From the NCBI GenBank assembly GCA_902521315.1, contig CABYRH010000005.1:336-64335 (forward strand): 64,000 bases of DNA, in the 5' to 3' direction. The translations under genes and the position numbers were made by a program. Source of the stretch: an uncultured Alphaproteobacteria bacterium. Its GTDB lineage: Bacteria; Pseudomonadota; Alphaproteobacteria; HIMB59; GCA-002718135. Below the pieces are notes generated by a model that saw only the letters and a program-made list of their open reading frames with translations, had not been told where the DNA came from and did no database searches. Positions 1-9,999 of this stretch are shown piece by piece. Position 1 is the stretch's first letter. The number at the start of each line of letters is the position of its first letter.

Positions 1-414
1 CCATCAGTTGTCTTTGGTTATGGAAGGCAAAATACAGCTATAAACTGGGCTGAAGATTTTGCAGCTAAGCCTGCTTTGGGTCAACCTGCTCATTTACCAT
101 TTTCAAAAAAAAATAGAGACAATTGGATTTATGTAGATGATTGTGCAGAACAACTTGTTCGATTAGCTTTAAAAGAAACTTTAAATTTTTCTTGCTTTAA
201 TACAGGAGCGGAAACTTTAGATGGTGAACAATTAGAAGCAACTGTTAAAAAAATTATTCCAGATGCAGAAATCTATTTTGATGAAAATGTAAAATCAACA
301 CCATTAATTGACGATCAAAATGATGAAAGAATTCGAAAAGAAATAGATTTTAATCCAAGATCCTTTGAAGAAGGAGTTAAATGTCTTATACAAGATGTTA
401 GAGAAAGTAATTGA
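1..414 (+). CDS. NAD-dependent epimerase/dehydratase (extended SDR) family protein, C-terminal part (5' truncated by window edge)
   Basis: Frame is open from base 1 (PSVVFGYGRQN...). 'RPxxVFG' region, 'NWIYVDDCAE' (RDxxYVxD-like) and 'FNPRSFEEGV' are typical of extended SDR C-termini. Confidence 0.7.
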   Translation, partial: PSVVFGYGRQNTAINWAEDFAAKPALGQPAHLPFSKKNRDNWIYVDDCAEQLVRLALKETLNFSCFNTGAETLDGEQLEATVKKIIPDAEIYFDENVKSTPLIDDQNDERIRKEIDFNPRSFEEGVKCLIQDVRESN

Positions 415-417
415 TAT

Positions 418-1446
418 ATGAGTTATACAACAACAGTCACAGGTAGTTATCCAAGGAAAGAAGTACAAAAAGATACACTTCGTAAACCAAGTGTTTCTGA
501 AGAAGAGTCTTTTGAAATGATTAAATGGGCAGTTAAAGAACAGTCTGATCTCGGTCTGGATATAATTACTGATGGTGAAGGATACAGAGAAAATATGTAT
601 TGGTTTTACCAGTTACGTTTAGATGGTGTTGATGCCATAAATAAAATTCGTAAAGATTTCACACTTGGTGGATCAGTGAAAGGAGTAGATTTAAGTAAAA
701 CTCATGGAACAAAAGGGTTTGGAATTGAGTGCGCAGTTGTAAAAGATGAAATTAAAAATCTTAAAACTGGTTTGGCAAAAAAATGGAGGGTTGCGAGAGA
801 TAATACTCCTTCAAACGTCAGAGTGAAACAAACAATTACGGGTCCTCATATGCTGGCAAGATTTAGTGTTAATGAAAGAACTGATCTCTATCCAGATGAT
901 GTTGCGCTTGCAAAAGCTTATGCAAATGCATTAACAATAGAGCTAGAAGAAGTCGTAAATGAAGGATGCGATTATGTTCAATTTGATGAACCCGTTTGGA
1001 CAGAAAATGTAAATGAAACGAAATGGGCTGCTGAAATACTAAATGGAATTATTGAAAAATTTCCTAATGTAGATTTTAATCTTCATGTATGTGGTGGTAA
1101 TGCTCACAGGAAAAGAGGTTTTTTTGGAAAATACACTGATATGATTGAGGCATTTAAGATATTAAAAGTTGATGAAATACATCTAGAACACTGCAGCCTA
1201 CATTATAAAATGTTGGATGTATTTAATGATTGGAAATTTGATGGAAAAGTATCTCTTGGCGTAATTGATCAAAGAATTGATAATACAGAAACAGAGGAAG
1301 ACATTATAAAAGCTATTAAACCTGCTCTAGAATATTTTCCTAAAGAAAAAATTTTACTTACGAGTGAATGTGGTTTTGGTCATGTGCCTATAGATATAGT
1401 TAAAAACAAAATAAAAATGTTAGTTGCGACTGCAAAAAAATTATAA
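418..1446 (+). CDS. Cobalamin-independent methionine synthase II (MetE C-terminal/'core' catalytic domain) family protein
   Basis: TTVTGSYPR, DIITDGE, ITGPHML, VQFDEP, Zn ligands LHVC...E...SECGFG; 342 aa single barrel. Confidence 0.85.
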   Translation: MSYTTTVTGSYPRKEVQKDTLRKPSVSEEESFEMIKWAVKEQSDLGLDIITDGEGYRENMYWFYQLRLDGVDAINKIRKDFTLGGSVKGVDLSKTHGTKGFGIECAVVKDEIKNLKTGLAKKWRVARDNTPSNVRVKQTITGPHMLARFSVNERTDLYPDDVALAKAYANALTIELEEVVNEGCDYVQFDEPVWTENVNETKWAAEILNGIIEKFPNVDFNLHVCGGNAHRKRGFFGKYTDMIEAFKILKVDEIHLEHCSLHYKMLDVFNDWKFDGKVSLGVIDQRIDNTETEEDIIKAIKPALEYFPKEKILLTSECGFGHVPIDIVKNKIKMLVATAKKL

Positions 1447-2625
1447 TTAAATTTCCTCTAATTCAACTTCTGAGTTTAACTCCGCACCAAAACCAGGGAG
1501 ATCAGTTAGGCTGACTTCACCGTTTATAGGAACGGGTTCATTAGTAAACATTTTACCAAAAATAGGAACTATTTCAGTAGCTTGAGGATGAAGATTTATA
1601 AATTCATTAAAGGGTGTTAACGTTGAGGAAATACCAAAATTATAAGCATAAACTCCACTACAATGAGGAATCACCATTATATCATATGCAGATGCCATAG
1701 CAGCTATACGTAAAGTTTCAGTCATCCCACAAAGAGTAAGATCTGGTTGAAGAATATCTACTGATCTATCTCTAATAATATTTCTAAAACCATATCGTGA
1801 ATTAGTATGTTCTCCTGTAGTCCATTTTTGCCAAGGACATGCCTCTTTTATCAATTTATGACTTTCTAGATCATGAGGGGGAAGAGCTTCTTCAATCCAA
1901 AATAAATTGGCTTCTCTTACAGCATTTGCAAGATCAATAGCATAAGGAACATCTAGTGACATATAGCAATCAACCATTAACCTATAATCAGGACCAACCT
2001 GTTTTCTAGTTTCCATAATATATTCTTGATTTTTCTTTAGACCTTTTATGCCATCACCAGGACCATAAGGTAATGGAATTTTAGAACCGATATGTCCCCA
2101 GCTTTGAGCAATCTTTGCTTCAGGACCAGTTACATATGTTTGCAGCTTTTCTCTAACTTTACCACCGATCATTTTATAAACTGGTTCATCTCTAACTTTA
2201 CCAATTAAATCCCATAAGGCTAAATCAATTCCAGCTATAGTATTTATAACTACTCCATTTTGACCTGAATAGGGAATAGCAGCTCTATACATCTGATCAT
2301 ATAAAAGATTTAAATCTCTTGCATCAGCTCCAATTAAAAAACGGTTTAGATGATTTTTAATAATCCAGCTAGAAATATAACCTCCATAAGCAGTGGCATA
2401 ACCTTGGTGACCCCCTTCTGTTTCAACTTCAATAAATATTCCTTTTAAAACATCCATTCCCCATGAAGATCTTGAGTCTTGAAAAGAAGAATATACTGAC
2501 ATTGGATTTGCAATAATAGTATCATTAATCCAATGGCCTGCTGCATGATCTGTATAATCAGCACCAGCACTTTGTGTCTTAACTATTGAAACTTTAATAT
2601 TGGAAATTTTATAACGTTTATCCAT
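1447..2625 (-). CDS. rhmD: L-rhamnonate dehydratase (mandelate racemase/enolase superfamily)
   Basis: GADY..HWI..IANPMS, IDLALWDLIGK, LMVDCYMSLD, WIEEALPP, TGEH, DILQPD, PHCSG motifs typical of RhmD/YfaW. Confidence 0.85.
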   Translation of the reverse strand: MDKRYKISNIKVSIVKTQSAGADYTDHAAGHWINDTIIANPMSVYSSFQDSRSSWGMDVLKGIFIEVETEGGHQGYATAYGGYISSWIIKNHLNRFLIGADARDLNLLYDQMYRAAIPYSGQNGVVINTIAGIDLALWDLIGKVRDEPVYKMIGGKVREKLQTYVTGPEAKIAQSWGHIGSKIPLPYGPGDGIKGLKKNQEYIMETRKQVGPDYRLMVDCYMSLDVPYAIDLANAVREANLFWIEEALPPHDLESHKLIKEACPWQKWTTGEHTNSRYGFRNIIRDRSVDILQPDLTLCGMTETLRIAAMASAYDIMVIPHCSGVYAYNFGISSTLTPFNEFINLHPQATEIVPIFGKMFTNEPVPINGEVSLTDLPGFGAELNSEVELEEI

Positions 2626-2679
2626 AACAATTTATATCATTCTAAGTTAAAAAATTAATTTCAAAAGATAAAATTATAA

Positions 2680-3522
2680 TCAGATTTTATAAATTCTTTC
2701 AGCATTAGAACTTGCGATTTTCTTTGCTTCATCATCTGAAAGATTACCTAAAATGGTATGTGTAACTTTAATCCACTCTTGAATGCCTTTACCGGCATTA
2801 ACTACTGGATAATCACTTCCCCAAACCATTCTATCGGGACCAAAGCATTCTAAAGAATGATCTACGTATGGCTTTATTGTTTCATAAGAAGAAGTGCCAG
2901 GTGCACAATAGGCCATTAAACCTGATAATTTACAAGTCACATTAGGAAGTTCAGAAAGAGATTTAATATCGTTACCCCATTCCTCAATCTCACCTGATGC
3001 AATAGGTGGAACGCCACAATGATTTAACACCAAGTCCATTTCATCACAATCTTTTGCAAATTCTTTAGCAATTTTTAGTTGTGTTGGCAAAAAACAAATA
3101 TCAAAGGGCTTTCCAGCTGAACCAATTTTTTTTACATTATTTCTTAATACTGTATTTTGAGAAAATTCATTAGGCATAACATGAAAAATTCTTCTGTATC
3201 CAACTACGTTCATATCAATCGTTTCTTCCAACCATTGATCAAAACCATTTTCTTCTTCTGGTCTTATTGAAACAATTAAACCCTTCATATTACTATTAGG
3301 CTTATCCATGATAGATTTTATAAATTTTGTTTCTTTTTTATAATCAGAGTCATCTACACCTGTTTCCATGAATAGCGTGCCTTTGATCTCAAAGTCTTTA
3401 GTAAGTTCTTGATAATCTTCTAAAGTGAAATTACCTTTATCAATTGGTGGAAATTCATTTGCCCAACTATACCCAACTTGATCACGGTACATTAAATGCT
3501 GATGTGTATCTATTAGTTCCAT
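2680..3522 (-). CDS. Amidohydrolase_2 family sugar lactonase (L-fucono-/L-rhamnono-lactonase-like)
   Basis: IDTHQH, VLNHCG, CKLSG, FGPDRMVWGSDYPV; adjacent to and co-oriented with rhmD. Confidence 0.75.
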   Translation of the reverse strand: MELIDTHQHLMYRDQVGYSWANEFPPIDKGNFTLEDYQELTKDFEIKGTLFMETGVDDSDYKKETKFIKSIMDKPNSNMKGLIVSIRPEEENGFDQWLEETIDMNVVGYRRIFHVMPNEFSQNTVLRNNVKKIGSAGKPFDICFLPTQLKIAKEFAKDCDEMDLVLNHCGVPPIASGEIEEWGNDIKSLSELPNVTCKLSGLMAYCAPGTSSYETIKPYVDHSLECFGPDRMVWGSDYPVVNAGKGIQEWIKVTHTILGNLSDDEAKKIASSNAERIYKI

Positions 3523-3560
3523 AATTTAAGAATACCACATTAATAATATTTGTGAATAAT

Positions 3561-5645
3561 TTATTCTACTTCTTTAACAAAAATATTTTCAAACTTATTT
3601 TCTATAATTCTCATATTATGAATTTTTTTATAAGCTTTTTCTAGGTTAAGTGTATATCTTTTTGCATTGAAATATTTCCCAGATTTCTTAGCTTGATTTA
3701 TTTTATTTTTTATTCTTCTATATTCTATTGGATTATTTGCTAAATATTTAGCTTTATTGAAATATTCTTGTTTAGAATTTGTTACAAGTTCGTTAATTTC
3801 AAAGAAATTTAAAATACTACTGCATACTCTTGAAGCAAAACTATTTCCAACTTTTGTTAATATTGGTAAACCTACCCATAAAGCATCAACAGCAGAAGTA
3901 TGTGCATTACAATTAAAGCTATCTAAGAAAAGATCTGCAATTGTATGTCTTGATAAATGATCCTCTAAATTTGTTTTTTCTACAAAAATTAATCTAGTGC
4001 TATCGATATTTTTTTTATTTGCCTCTTTTTGTAAATTTGATTTCGTAATTTCATCAGATGCCAACAATAATAAAGTTGAATGCTTTACTTCCCTAAGTAA
4101 ATCCATCCAAATACTAAACTCATCTTTTGTAATTTTATATGAATTATTAAAACTACAAAAAACAAAAGAATTTTTTGGTATATTAAAATTTTCCCTAATG
4201 AATTTTTTTTTGCTTATTGTTCTGTTGCTATCCATAGGGAAATAACAATGCGGAAGACAAATAATATTTTCAGAATAATATTTATAGTGATTTTTAGGTA
4301 TTACAAAATTATCACCAATAATGTAATCAACTCCTTCCTGTCCTGTTGTTCCAGCATAACCCAAGAAATTAATTTGAATTGGAGCAACTTTAAGTGAAAA
4401 TATACTACTTCTAGAATTTACAGTTAAGCCGGCTCTATAAATTGCAATATCTATTTTGTTCTCTAAAGATAAATTCAATATCTCTTCATCATCAAGATTA
4501 TTGACATAAAAGAATTTATCAAAATTCTTTATAATCCTTTTATGGGTTTCGTCCTTTTTTATATTCCCATAATAAAATCCTATAATTTCAAATTCATCTT
4601 TATTATGATTTTTAAATATACCTTCCATATTTACCATGCCTGCATGTTGATGAAAATCTGCTGCATAATAACCGATTCTCATTTTTTTATTTAAGTAAGA
4701 ATTGTTATTTTCATTTCTCAAATTGAATTTACTAGAAAATTTTTTTGCTCTAAGGTAGTGGTTATTAATATTATCTTCCATAGATAAACAAAACCATGGA
4801 GATACAGGTTCATCAGAATTTATTGTGTTTATTAAAAGTTGTTCTAAAACTTTTTCATCTGACCAATCACAAAACAATCTTTTTAAAAAATATTTTTGAA
4901 TACCTGCACCTAAAATATTTTTATCCAAACTAAATGCTTTATCAAAACATTGTATAGCTTGTTTATAATCTTTGATTTGAAAAAATAATGCACCTAGATT
5001 GTTATAAGCTTTTGCATATTGTGGATTTATATCAATAGCTTTTTTTAAATAATTAAATGCAAGTTCATAATTATTATCATCTATGTAAAGCAACCCAATA
5101 TTATTTAATGCCTTAATATGACTTGGATTTAACCTTAAAGTTTCAAGTAAATAATTTATTGCTTCCTTATTATTTCCATTTTTTGAAAGTGTAATCGCTA
5201 TATTGTAATATATTTTATCAATTTGATTGTTAAGTTTAATAGCATATTTGTAATTTTTTAATGACTCCTTATAATTGCCTTTATTAAAATTAATAATTCC
5301 TAAATTAAAATAAGTATCATAATTTTTATCATCTAAAATTATCGATTTCTGTAAAATATCAATTGCTTCATCATAAAGATTTATCTCCACAAGACTTTTG
5401 GCAAGATTATTTAATATTTCTGTATTGTTATGATCTATTGCTAATGCCTTTTTATAAAATATGACTGCATTTTCATGATTATTTTTACCTGCATACGAGG
5501 CACCTATCAAATTTGGTATAACAGATATATTATTTATTTCTTTATATAAATCACTTGCATCTTTTATAACCTCATCAAATAAATTTTGGTTAAAAGATGT
5601 AATTAGGTTTAAAATTTTTTTTTCTAATTCTAAATTAATAGACAT
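3561..5645 (-). CDS. TPR-repeat GT41 glycosyltransferase (O-GlcNAc transferase/SPINDLY-like)
   Basis: N-terminal TPRs (YFNLG, YYNIA, LNNIG, YNNLG); RIGYYAADFHQHA, APIQINFLGYAGTTG, FCSFNNSYKI, DLFLDSFNCNAHTSAVDALWVGLP. Confidence 0.9.
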   Translation of the reverse strand: MSINLELEKKILNLITSFNQNLFDEVIKDASDLYKEINNISVIPNLIGASYAGKNNHENAVIFYKKALAIDHNNTEILNNLAKSLVEINLYDEAIDILQKSIILDDKNYDTYFNLGIINFNKGNYKESLKNYKYAIKLNNQIDKIYYNIAITLSKNGNNKEAINYLLETLRLNPSHIKALNNIGLLYIDDNNYELAFNYLKKAIDINPQYAKAYNNLGALFFQIKDYKQAIQCFDKAFSLDKNILGAGIQKYFLKRLFCDWSDEKVLEQLLINTINSDEPVSPWFCLSMEDNINNHYLRAKKFSSKFNLRNENNNSYLNKKMRIGYYAADFHQHAGMVNMEGIFKNHNKDEFEIIGFYYGNIKKDETHKRIIKNFDKFFYVNNLDDEEILNLSLENKIDIAIYRAGLTVNSRSSIFSLKVAPIQINFLGYAGTTGQEGVDYIIGDNFVIPKNHYKYYSENIICLPHCYFPMDSNRTISKKKFIRENFNIPKNSFVFCSFNNSYKITKDEFSIWMDLLREVKHSTLLLLASDEITKSNLQKEANKKNIDSTRLIFVEKTNLEDHLSRHTIADLFLDSFNCNAHTSAVDALWVGLPILTKVGNSFASRVCSSILNFFEINELVTNSKQEYFNKAKYLANNPIEYRRIKNKINQAKKSGKYFNAKRYTLNLEKAYKKIHNMRIIENKFENIFVKEVE

Positions 5646-5691
5646 AAATTATACTAATTTATTTTAAATTACTTTATTAAGAAACAAAATA

Positions 5692-6675
5692 ATGAATATT
5701 CTTCTTACAGGTGGGGCAGGTTATATTGGGAGCCATGCAGCTTTGTCACTACTTGATGACGGTCATAAAGTTCACATTATTGATAACTTGTCGACTGGAA
5801 ACGAAATATTAATTCCAGAGAATGCGGAATTTATTAATTGTAATATAAATAATGAAGAAGTAATTTCTAATCTTATCCAATCTAACAACTTTGATATGCT
5901 TATGCATTTTGCAGGTTTTATACAAGTTGAAGAATCAGTTAAGCAACCTGAGAAATATTTTGAAAATAATACTAATAATTCCATAAAACTTTTTAATATA
6001 TGTGAAAAAAATGGTTTAAATAAAATAGTTTTTTCATCTACTGCGGCAGCTTATGGATTAGTAAGTGAAAATAAATTAATAGATGAGTATACTAATTTAA
6101 ATCCACAAAATCCATATGCTGAGTCTAAAATTAAAACTGAAAAATTTTTGTTTGATAATAAAGATAAGTTTCAGTTTGTTATTTTAAGATACTTTAATGT
6201 TGCTGGGGCAGATAAAAAATTAAGATCTGGACAAATATCAAAAAAATCAACACATTTAATCAAAAAAATATCAGAAGTCGTAGTTGGAAAAAGAGATCAA
6301 ATTAAAATATTTGGTAATGATTATAATACTCCTGATGGAACGGCTATAAGGGATTACATCCATGTATCAGATCTTGCTGATATACACCTAGAAGTAGCTA
6401 AATATCTTTTAAAAAATTTAGAATCAAATTTATTTAATTGTGGTTATGGGAATGGATTTAGTGTCTTAGATGTTGTAAATACTACAAACAGCATCTATCA
6501 AAATAAAATTATTTATAAATTCTCTAATAGGCGAGAGGGAGACGTTGAAAAATTAATTTCAGATACTTCTAAATTATTAAAGTATATAAAATGGCAACCT
6601 AAATACAATGATCTCAAAGAAATAATTAATTCATCGATAAAATGGGAAGAAAAAATTAATGCGTCCGATACATAA
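5692..6675 (+). CDS. galE: UDP-glucose 4-epimerase
   Basis: TGGAGYIGSH, HFAG, YAESK, LRYFNVAGAD, FGNDYNTPDGTAIRDYIHV. Confidence 0.93.
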   Translation: MNILLTGGAGYIGSHAALSLLDDGHKVHIIDNLSTGNEILIPENAEFINCNINNEEVISNLIQSNNFDMLMHFAGFIQVEESVKQPEKYFENNTNNSIKLFNICEKNGLNKIVFSSTAAAYGLVSENKLIDEYTNLNPQNPYAESKIKTEKFLFDNKDKFQFVILRYFNVAGADKKLRSGQISKKSTHLIKKISEVVVGKRDQIKIFGNDYNTPDGTAIRDYIHVSDLADIHLEVAKYLLKNLESNLFNCGYGNGFSVLDVVNTTNSIYQNKIIYKFSNRREGDVEKLISDTSKLLKYIKWQPKYNDLKEIINSSIKWEEKINASDT

Positions 6676-7708
6676 AAGAACCTTTATTAGAAATGATAAT
6701 AAAGAACTTTTTCTTTATGGTTATCACAAGCACACAGAATATCCAAGCAAAGAACTTAATGTAAGTGATATTCCTAAACCACATATGAGGTGGAATCCTT
6801 CAAGAGAAGAATGGGTAACATACTCAGCTGGTAGAAAAGATAGAACATTTTTTCCACCTAAAGAGTACTGCCCGTTATGTCCTGGAGCAAATCTAAATTA
6901 TCCAACAGAAATACCTTTTAAAAACTTTGAAGTTGCAGTCTTTCCAAATCGATGGGCAAGTTTCAACTCAATGGGAGAAAATGTGCATTTAGAAAATATT
7001 TTGACTGAACCTTCAAAAGGAGAGTGTGAAGTAGTTGTATATTCTTCTGAACATTTTAATACAATATCAGAAATGCCTCTAGACAGAATAGAGTTATTAA
7101 TTAAGGTTTGGATAGATCGATATAAGGAATTAAAAAAAAATCCAGATGTTAAATATGTGCTACCTTTTGAAAATAGAGGGGAGGAATGTGGGGTTACTCT
7201 GCACCATCCTCATGGTCAAATTTATGCTTATCCATTTATTCCTCCTGTGATTGAAAAAGAAATAAGAGCATTTAAGAAAGAGAAATTTTTAATTAATATT
7301 ATGAAGCAGCTAGAGGAGAAATATTATGTATATCAAAATGAAAATTTTGTAGCCGCTGTACCACCTTTTGCAAGATACGCTTATGAAGTATGGATAATAC
7401 CTAAAAATCAGATTGAGGGTCCTTGGAAATTTAATGATAATCAGATTGAAGATTTTTCAAAATGTATTCAACGAATTGTTAAGGGATACGATACCTTTCT
7501 AAATAAAAAATGCCCTTATATAATGGGACTACATGCATCTCCTGAATTAAGTGATAATAATTTTCATTTTCATGTCGAATTTTACCCACCCTTACGTCAT
7601 GGTGATAAACCAAAAATTTTAGCAGGCTCAGAATCGATGGCAGGTGTTTTTATTATGGATGTATTGCCCGAAGATTCTGCTAATATATTAAGAAAATTTA
7701 TGTCATGA
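6659..7708 (+). CDS. galT: Galactose-1-phosphate uridylyltransferase
   Basis: RWNP, CPLCPG, FENRG..GVTLHHPHGQ catalytic HPH motif, HFHVEFYPP. Confidence 0.9.
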   Translation: MRPIHKRTFIRNDNKELFLYGYHKHTEYPSKELNVSDIPKPHMRWNPSREEWVTYSAGRKDRTFFPPKEYCPLCPGANLNYPTEIPFKNFEVAVFPNRWASFNSMGENVHLENILTEPSKGECEVVVYSSEHFNTISEMPLDRIELLIKVWIDRYKELKKNPDVKYVLPFENRGEECGVTLHHPHGQIYAYPFIPPVIEKEIRAFKKEKFLINIMKQLEEKYYVYQNENFVAAVPPFARYAYEVWIIPKNQIEGPWKFNDNQIEDFSKCIQRIVKGYDTFLNKKCPYIMGLHASPELSDNNFHFHVEFYPPLRHGDKPKILAGSESMAGVFIMDVLPEDSANILRKFMS

Positions 7709-8118
7709 CAACAATAGAAGAAAAAATTAATTATTATAAAGAAAGTCTAGATTTGTTTGATGATGGAATGGAGAAGTACAAATTTTTAATCGATCAAGCA
7801 AAAAACGCTAAAATCTTTCCAGAGGAATATAGAAATGATACTTTTAAAGTGTCAGGATGTCAGGCACAAGTTTGGTTAGTTCCAAAATTAAATGACGAAA
7901 AACTTTCGTTTTTTTATGACTCTGATGCATTTATATCAAAAGGTATGGTAACAATTCTTTGTGATATTTATGGTGATAGAAAACCCTCTGAAATTAAAAA
8001 TTCAGATTTTAATATGTTAAATATTTTAAAACTTGATACTCTATTAACCCCTGGAAGAAGAAATGGGGTTTATTCAATGTTAGAAAAAATAAAAGAGTAC
8101 GCAAATTCTTATTCATAA
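7705..8118 (+). CDS. sufE: SufE family cysteine desulfuration protein
   Basis: VSGCQAQVWL, DSDAFISKG, LTPGRRNG. Confidence 0.9.
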   Translation: MTTIEEKINYYKESLDLFDDGMEKYKFLIDQAKNAKIFPEEYRNDTFKVSGCQAQVWLVPKLNDEKLSFFYDSDAFISKGMVTILCDIYGDRKPSEIKNSDFNMLNILKLDTLLTPGRRNGVYSMLEKIKEYANSYS

Positions 8119-8127
8119 AAATTAATT

Positions 8128-8733
8128 ATGTTTTATGAACCAAAAAAAGGATTACCTTTTGATATTGATCCATTTAAATCACTCATTTTTCCAAGGCCAA
8201 TTGGATGGATCTCTTCAGTAAATAAAAAAGGAATAGCTAATCTAGCTCCTTATTCGTATTTTAATGCTGTCACTGATGAACCTCCACAAATTATGTTTTG
8301 TTCAAATGGTGGATCATTTAATTACAAATATAAAGATTCTTTATCTAATATTTTGTCTACAAAAGAGTTTGTAGTAAATTTTGCCACTTCTTCAACACGA
8401 AATCAAATGAACAATAGTTCTAAAGATTTCAAACCAGAAGAAGATGAGTTTATTTTATCAAAATTAAAAAAGAAAAAGTCAAAACTTGTTAGAGCACCCT
8501 CTGTTAAAGATAGTCCTGTAAATTTAGAATGTAAGTTAGTTAAAACAATTAAGCTCAAATCAAACTCAAAAAAAATTTCAACAATGATTATTGGGGAAGT
8601 AATTGGCATTTTTATAAAAGACAAGTTTATTAAAAATAATAGAGTAGATAGTTTATCAATGCATTATATTGCCAGAATGGGATACAGTGAATATACAACT
8701 GTTACCTCTAAGTTTAATTTAAAAAGAAAATAA
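8128..8733 (+). CDS. Flavin reductase family protein (FMN split barrel)
   Basis: PRPIGWISS, NLAPYSYFN, KDSLSNI, ARMGY. Confidence 0.85.
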   Translation: MFYEPKKGLPFDIDPFKSLIFPRPIGWISSVNKKGIANLAPYSYFNAVTDEPPQIMFCSNGGSFNYKYKDSLSNILSTKEFVVNFATSSTRNQMNNSSKDFKPEEDEFILSKLKKKKSKLVRAPSVKDSPVNLECKLVKTIKLKSNSKKISTMIIGEVIGIFIKDKFIKNNRVDSLSMHYIARMGYSEYTTVTSKFNLKRK

Positions 8734-8762
8734 AACTTATTTTATTTTACCGAACAACTTCA

Positions 8763-8791
8763 TGGACTAAACTTTAAAAACCAAGTAATAT
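8763..8791 (+). promoter_or_regulatory. Putative sigma70 promoter for tRNA-Leu
   Basis: TGGACT-N17-TAATAT, 14 nt upstream of the tRNA 5' end. Confidence 0.5.
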
Positions 8792-8805
8792 TAATAAAAT
8801 AATTT

Positions 8806-8890
8806 GGGAGTATGGCGGAACTGGTAGACGCGCCGGATTCAAAATCCGGTCACTTCGGTGGTGTGGGTTCGATTCCCTCTACTCCTACCA
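8806..8890 (+). tRNA. tRNA-Leu (anticodon CAA)
   Basis: GGGAGTA/TACTCCT acceptor stem plus ACCA, anticodon arm CCGGA-TTCAAAA-TCCGG, long variable arm CAC-TTCG-GTG, GGTTCGATT T-loop. Confidence 0.96.
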
Positions 8891-8902
8891 AGAATAATTG
8901 CG

Positions 8903-9487
8903 ATGAATTTTCTTAGGAATATCTATAATTGGACATTAAAAAAAGCTGAGCACAAAAATGCAAAGTGGTATTTAAGTTTAATTTCGTTTGCAGAAAGTTC
9001 ATTTTTTCCAATTCCACCTGATATACTTCTAATACCAATGACTTTAGCTTCTAAGGCAAAAGCCTTATTTTATGCATTTATCTGTACAATTTTTTCTGTT
9101 CTTGGTGGAATACTAGGATATGCAATAGGATATTTTTTTTACAATTCAGTAGGTATTTATATTGTTGAATTTTATCATTTAGAAAATTCTTTTAGCGTTT
9201 TTGAAAATTATTACAAAGAATTTGGTATTTTGATTGTTTTAGGCGCTGGTATAACACCTTTTCCATATAAGTTTATTACAATTGCGAGTGGTGTATTTGG
9301 ACTAAATATTTTTTTATTTATTATTATTTCTATTATTGGAAGAGGATTAAGATTTTATTTGATAGCAATACTTCTGTATTTTTTTGGTGAAAAAATTAAG
9401 TTATTCATTGATAAATATTTTAATATTTTAACTATTGTGTTTTTTATTTTACTTGTTGGAAGTGTTTTTATAATTAGATTTATATGA
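8903..9487 (+). CDS. YqaA/DedA family membrane protein
   Basis: SFAESSFFPIPPD, TPFPYK, GRGLRF. Start moved to ATG 8903 because the ORF-track start lies inside the tRNA. Confidence 0.88.
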   Translation: MNFLRNIYNWTLKKAEHKNAKWYLSLISFAESSFFPIPPDILLIPMTLASKAKALFYAFICTIFSVLGGILGYAIGYFFYNSVGIYIVEFYHLENSFSVFENYYKEFGILIVLGAGITPFPYKFITIASGVFGLNIFLFIIISIIGRGLRFYLIAILLYFFGEKIKLFIDKYFNILTIVFFILLVGSVFIIRFI

Positions 9488-9999
9488 TAATTCGTAATTG
9501 GACCAAGGTTTTATTTGTAATTTCGTTTATCTCAATATCATCAGCATTAATTGCGGAATATTTTTTTAACCTTCAACCTTGTGAGCTATGTTTAAAGCAA
9601 AGACATCCATATTATTTAATTTTAGTATGTTTGGTTTTCATATTTTTTTTTAAAAATTTAAATAAAATCTGGCTTTATTTAGTAATTCAATTTTCATCAG
9701 TTTACGGGCTTTTTTATTCTATATGGCATGTTGGAGTTGAAAATAAAATTCTTAAAGGACCAGCAGGTTGTTCGGCAATGCTGACAAGCAGTGAGAGTGC
9801 TTCAGACCTAAAAGCTCAGATATTATCAAAGCAAGTGATCAATTGCGATGAAGTTATTTGGAGTTTTTTTGGAATTTCTGCTGCTTCAATTAATACACTT
9901 GTTTTACTAGTTATTTTTATTTTTAATGCTATTTATTTGTATAAAAACAATGGCATTAAAAAAGAAAAAAACATCAAAAAAAAATTCTTTATCAAGTAA
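9484..9999 (+). CDS. dsbB: Disulfide bond formation protein B
   Basis: PCELCLKQR motif, second Cys pair (AGC...INCD), 4 TM segments. Confidence 0.88.
   Translation: MIIRNWTKVLFVISFISISSALIAEYFFNLQPCELCLKQRHPYYLILVCLVFIFFFKNLNKIWLYLVIQFSSVYGLFYSIWHVGVENKILKGPAGCSAMLTSSESASDLKAQILSKQVINCDEVIWSFFGISAASINTLVLLVIFIFNAIYLYKNNGIKKEKNIKKKFFIK

Noticed and set aside
8858..8902. ORF-track N-terminal extension of YqaA (MVWVRFPLLLPR)
   Set aside because: It is the translated T-arm/acceptor stem of tRNA-Leu; the real start is ATG 8903.
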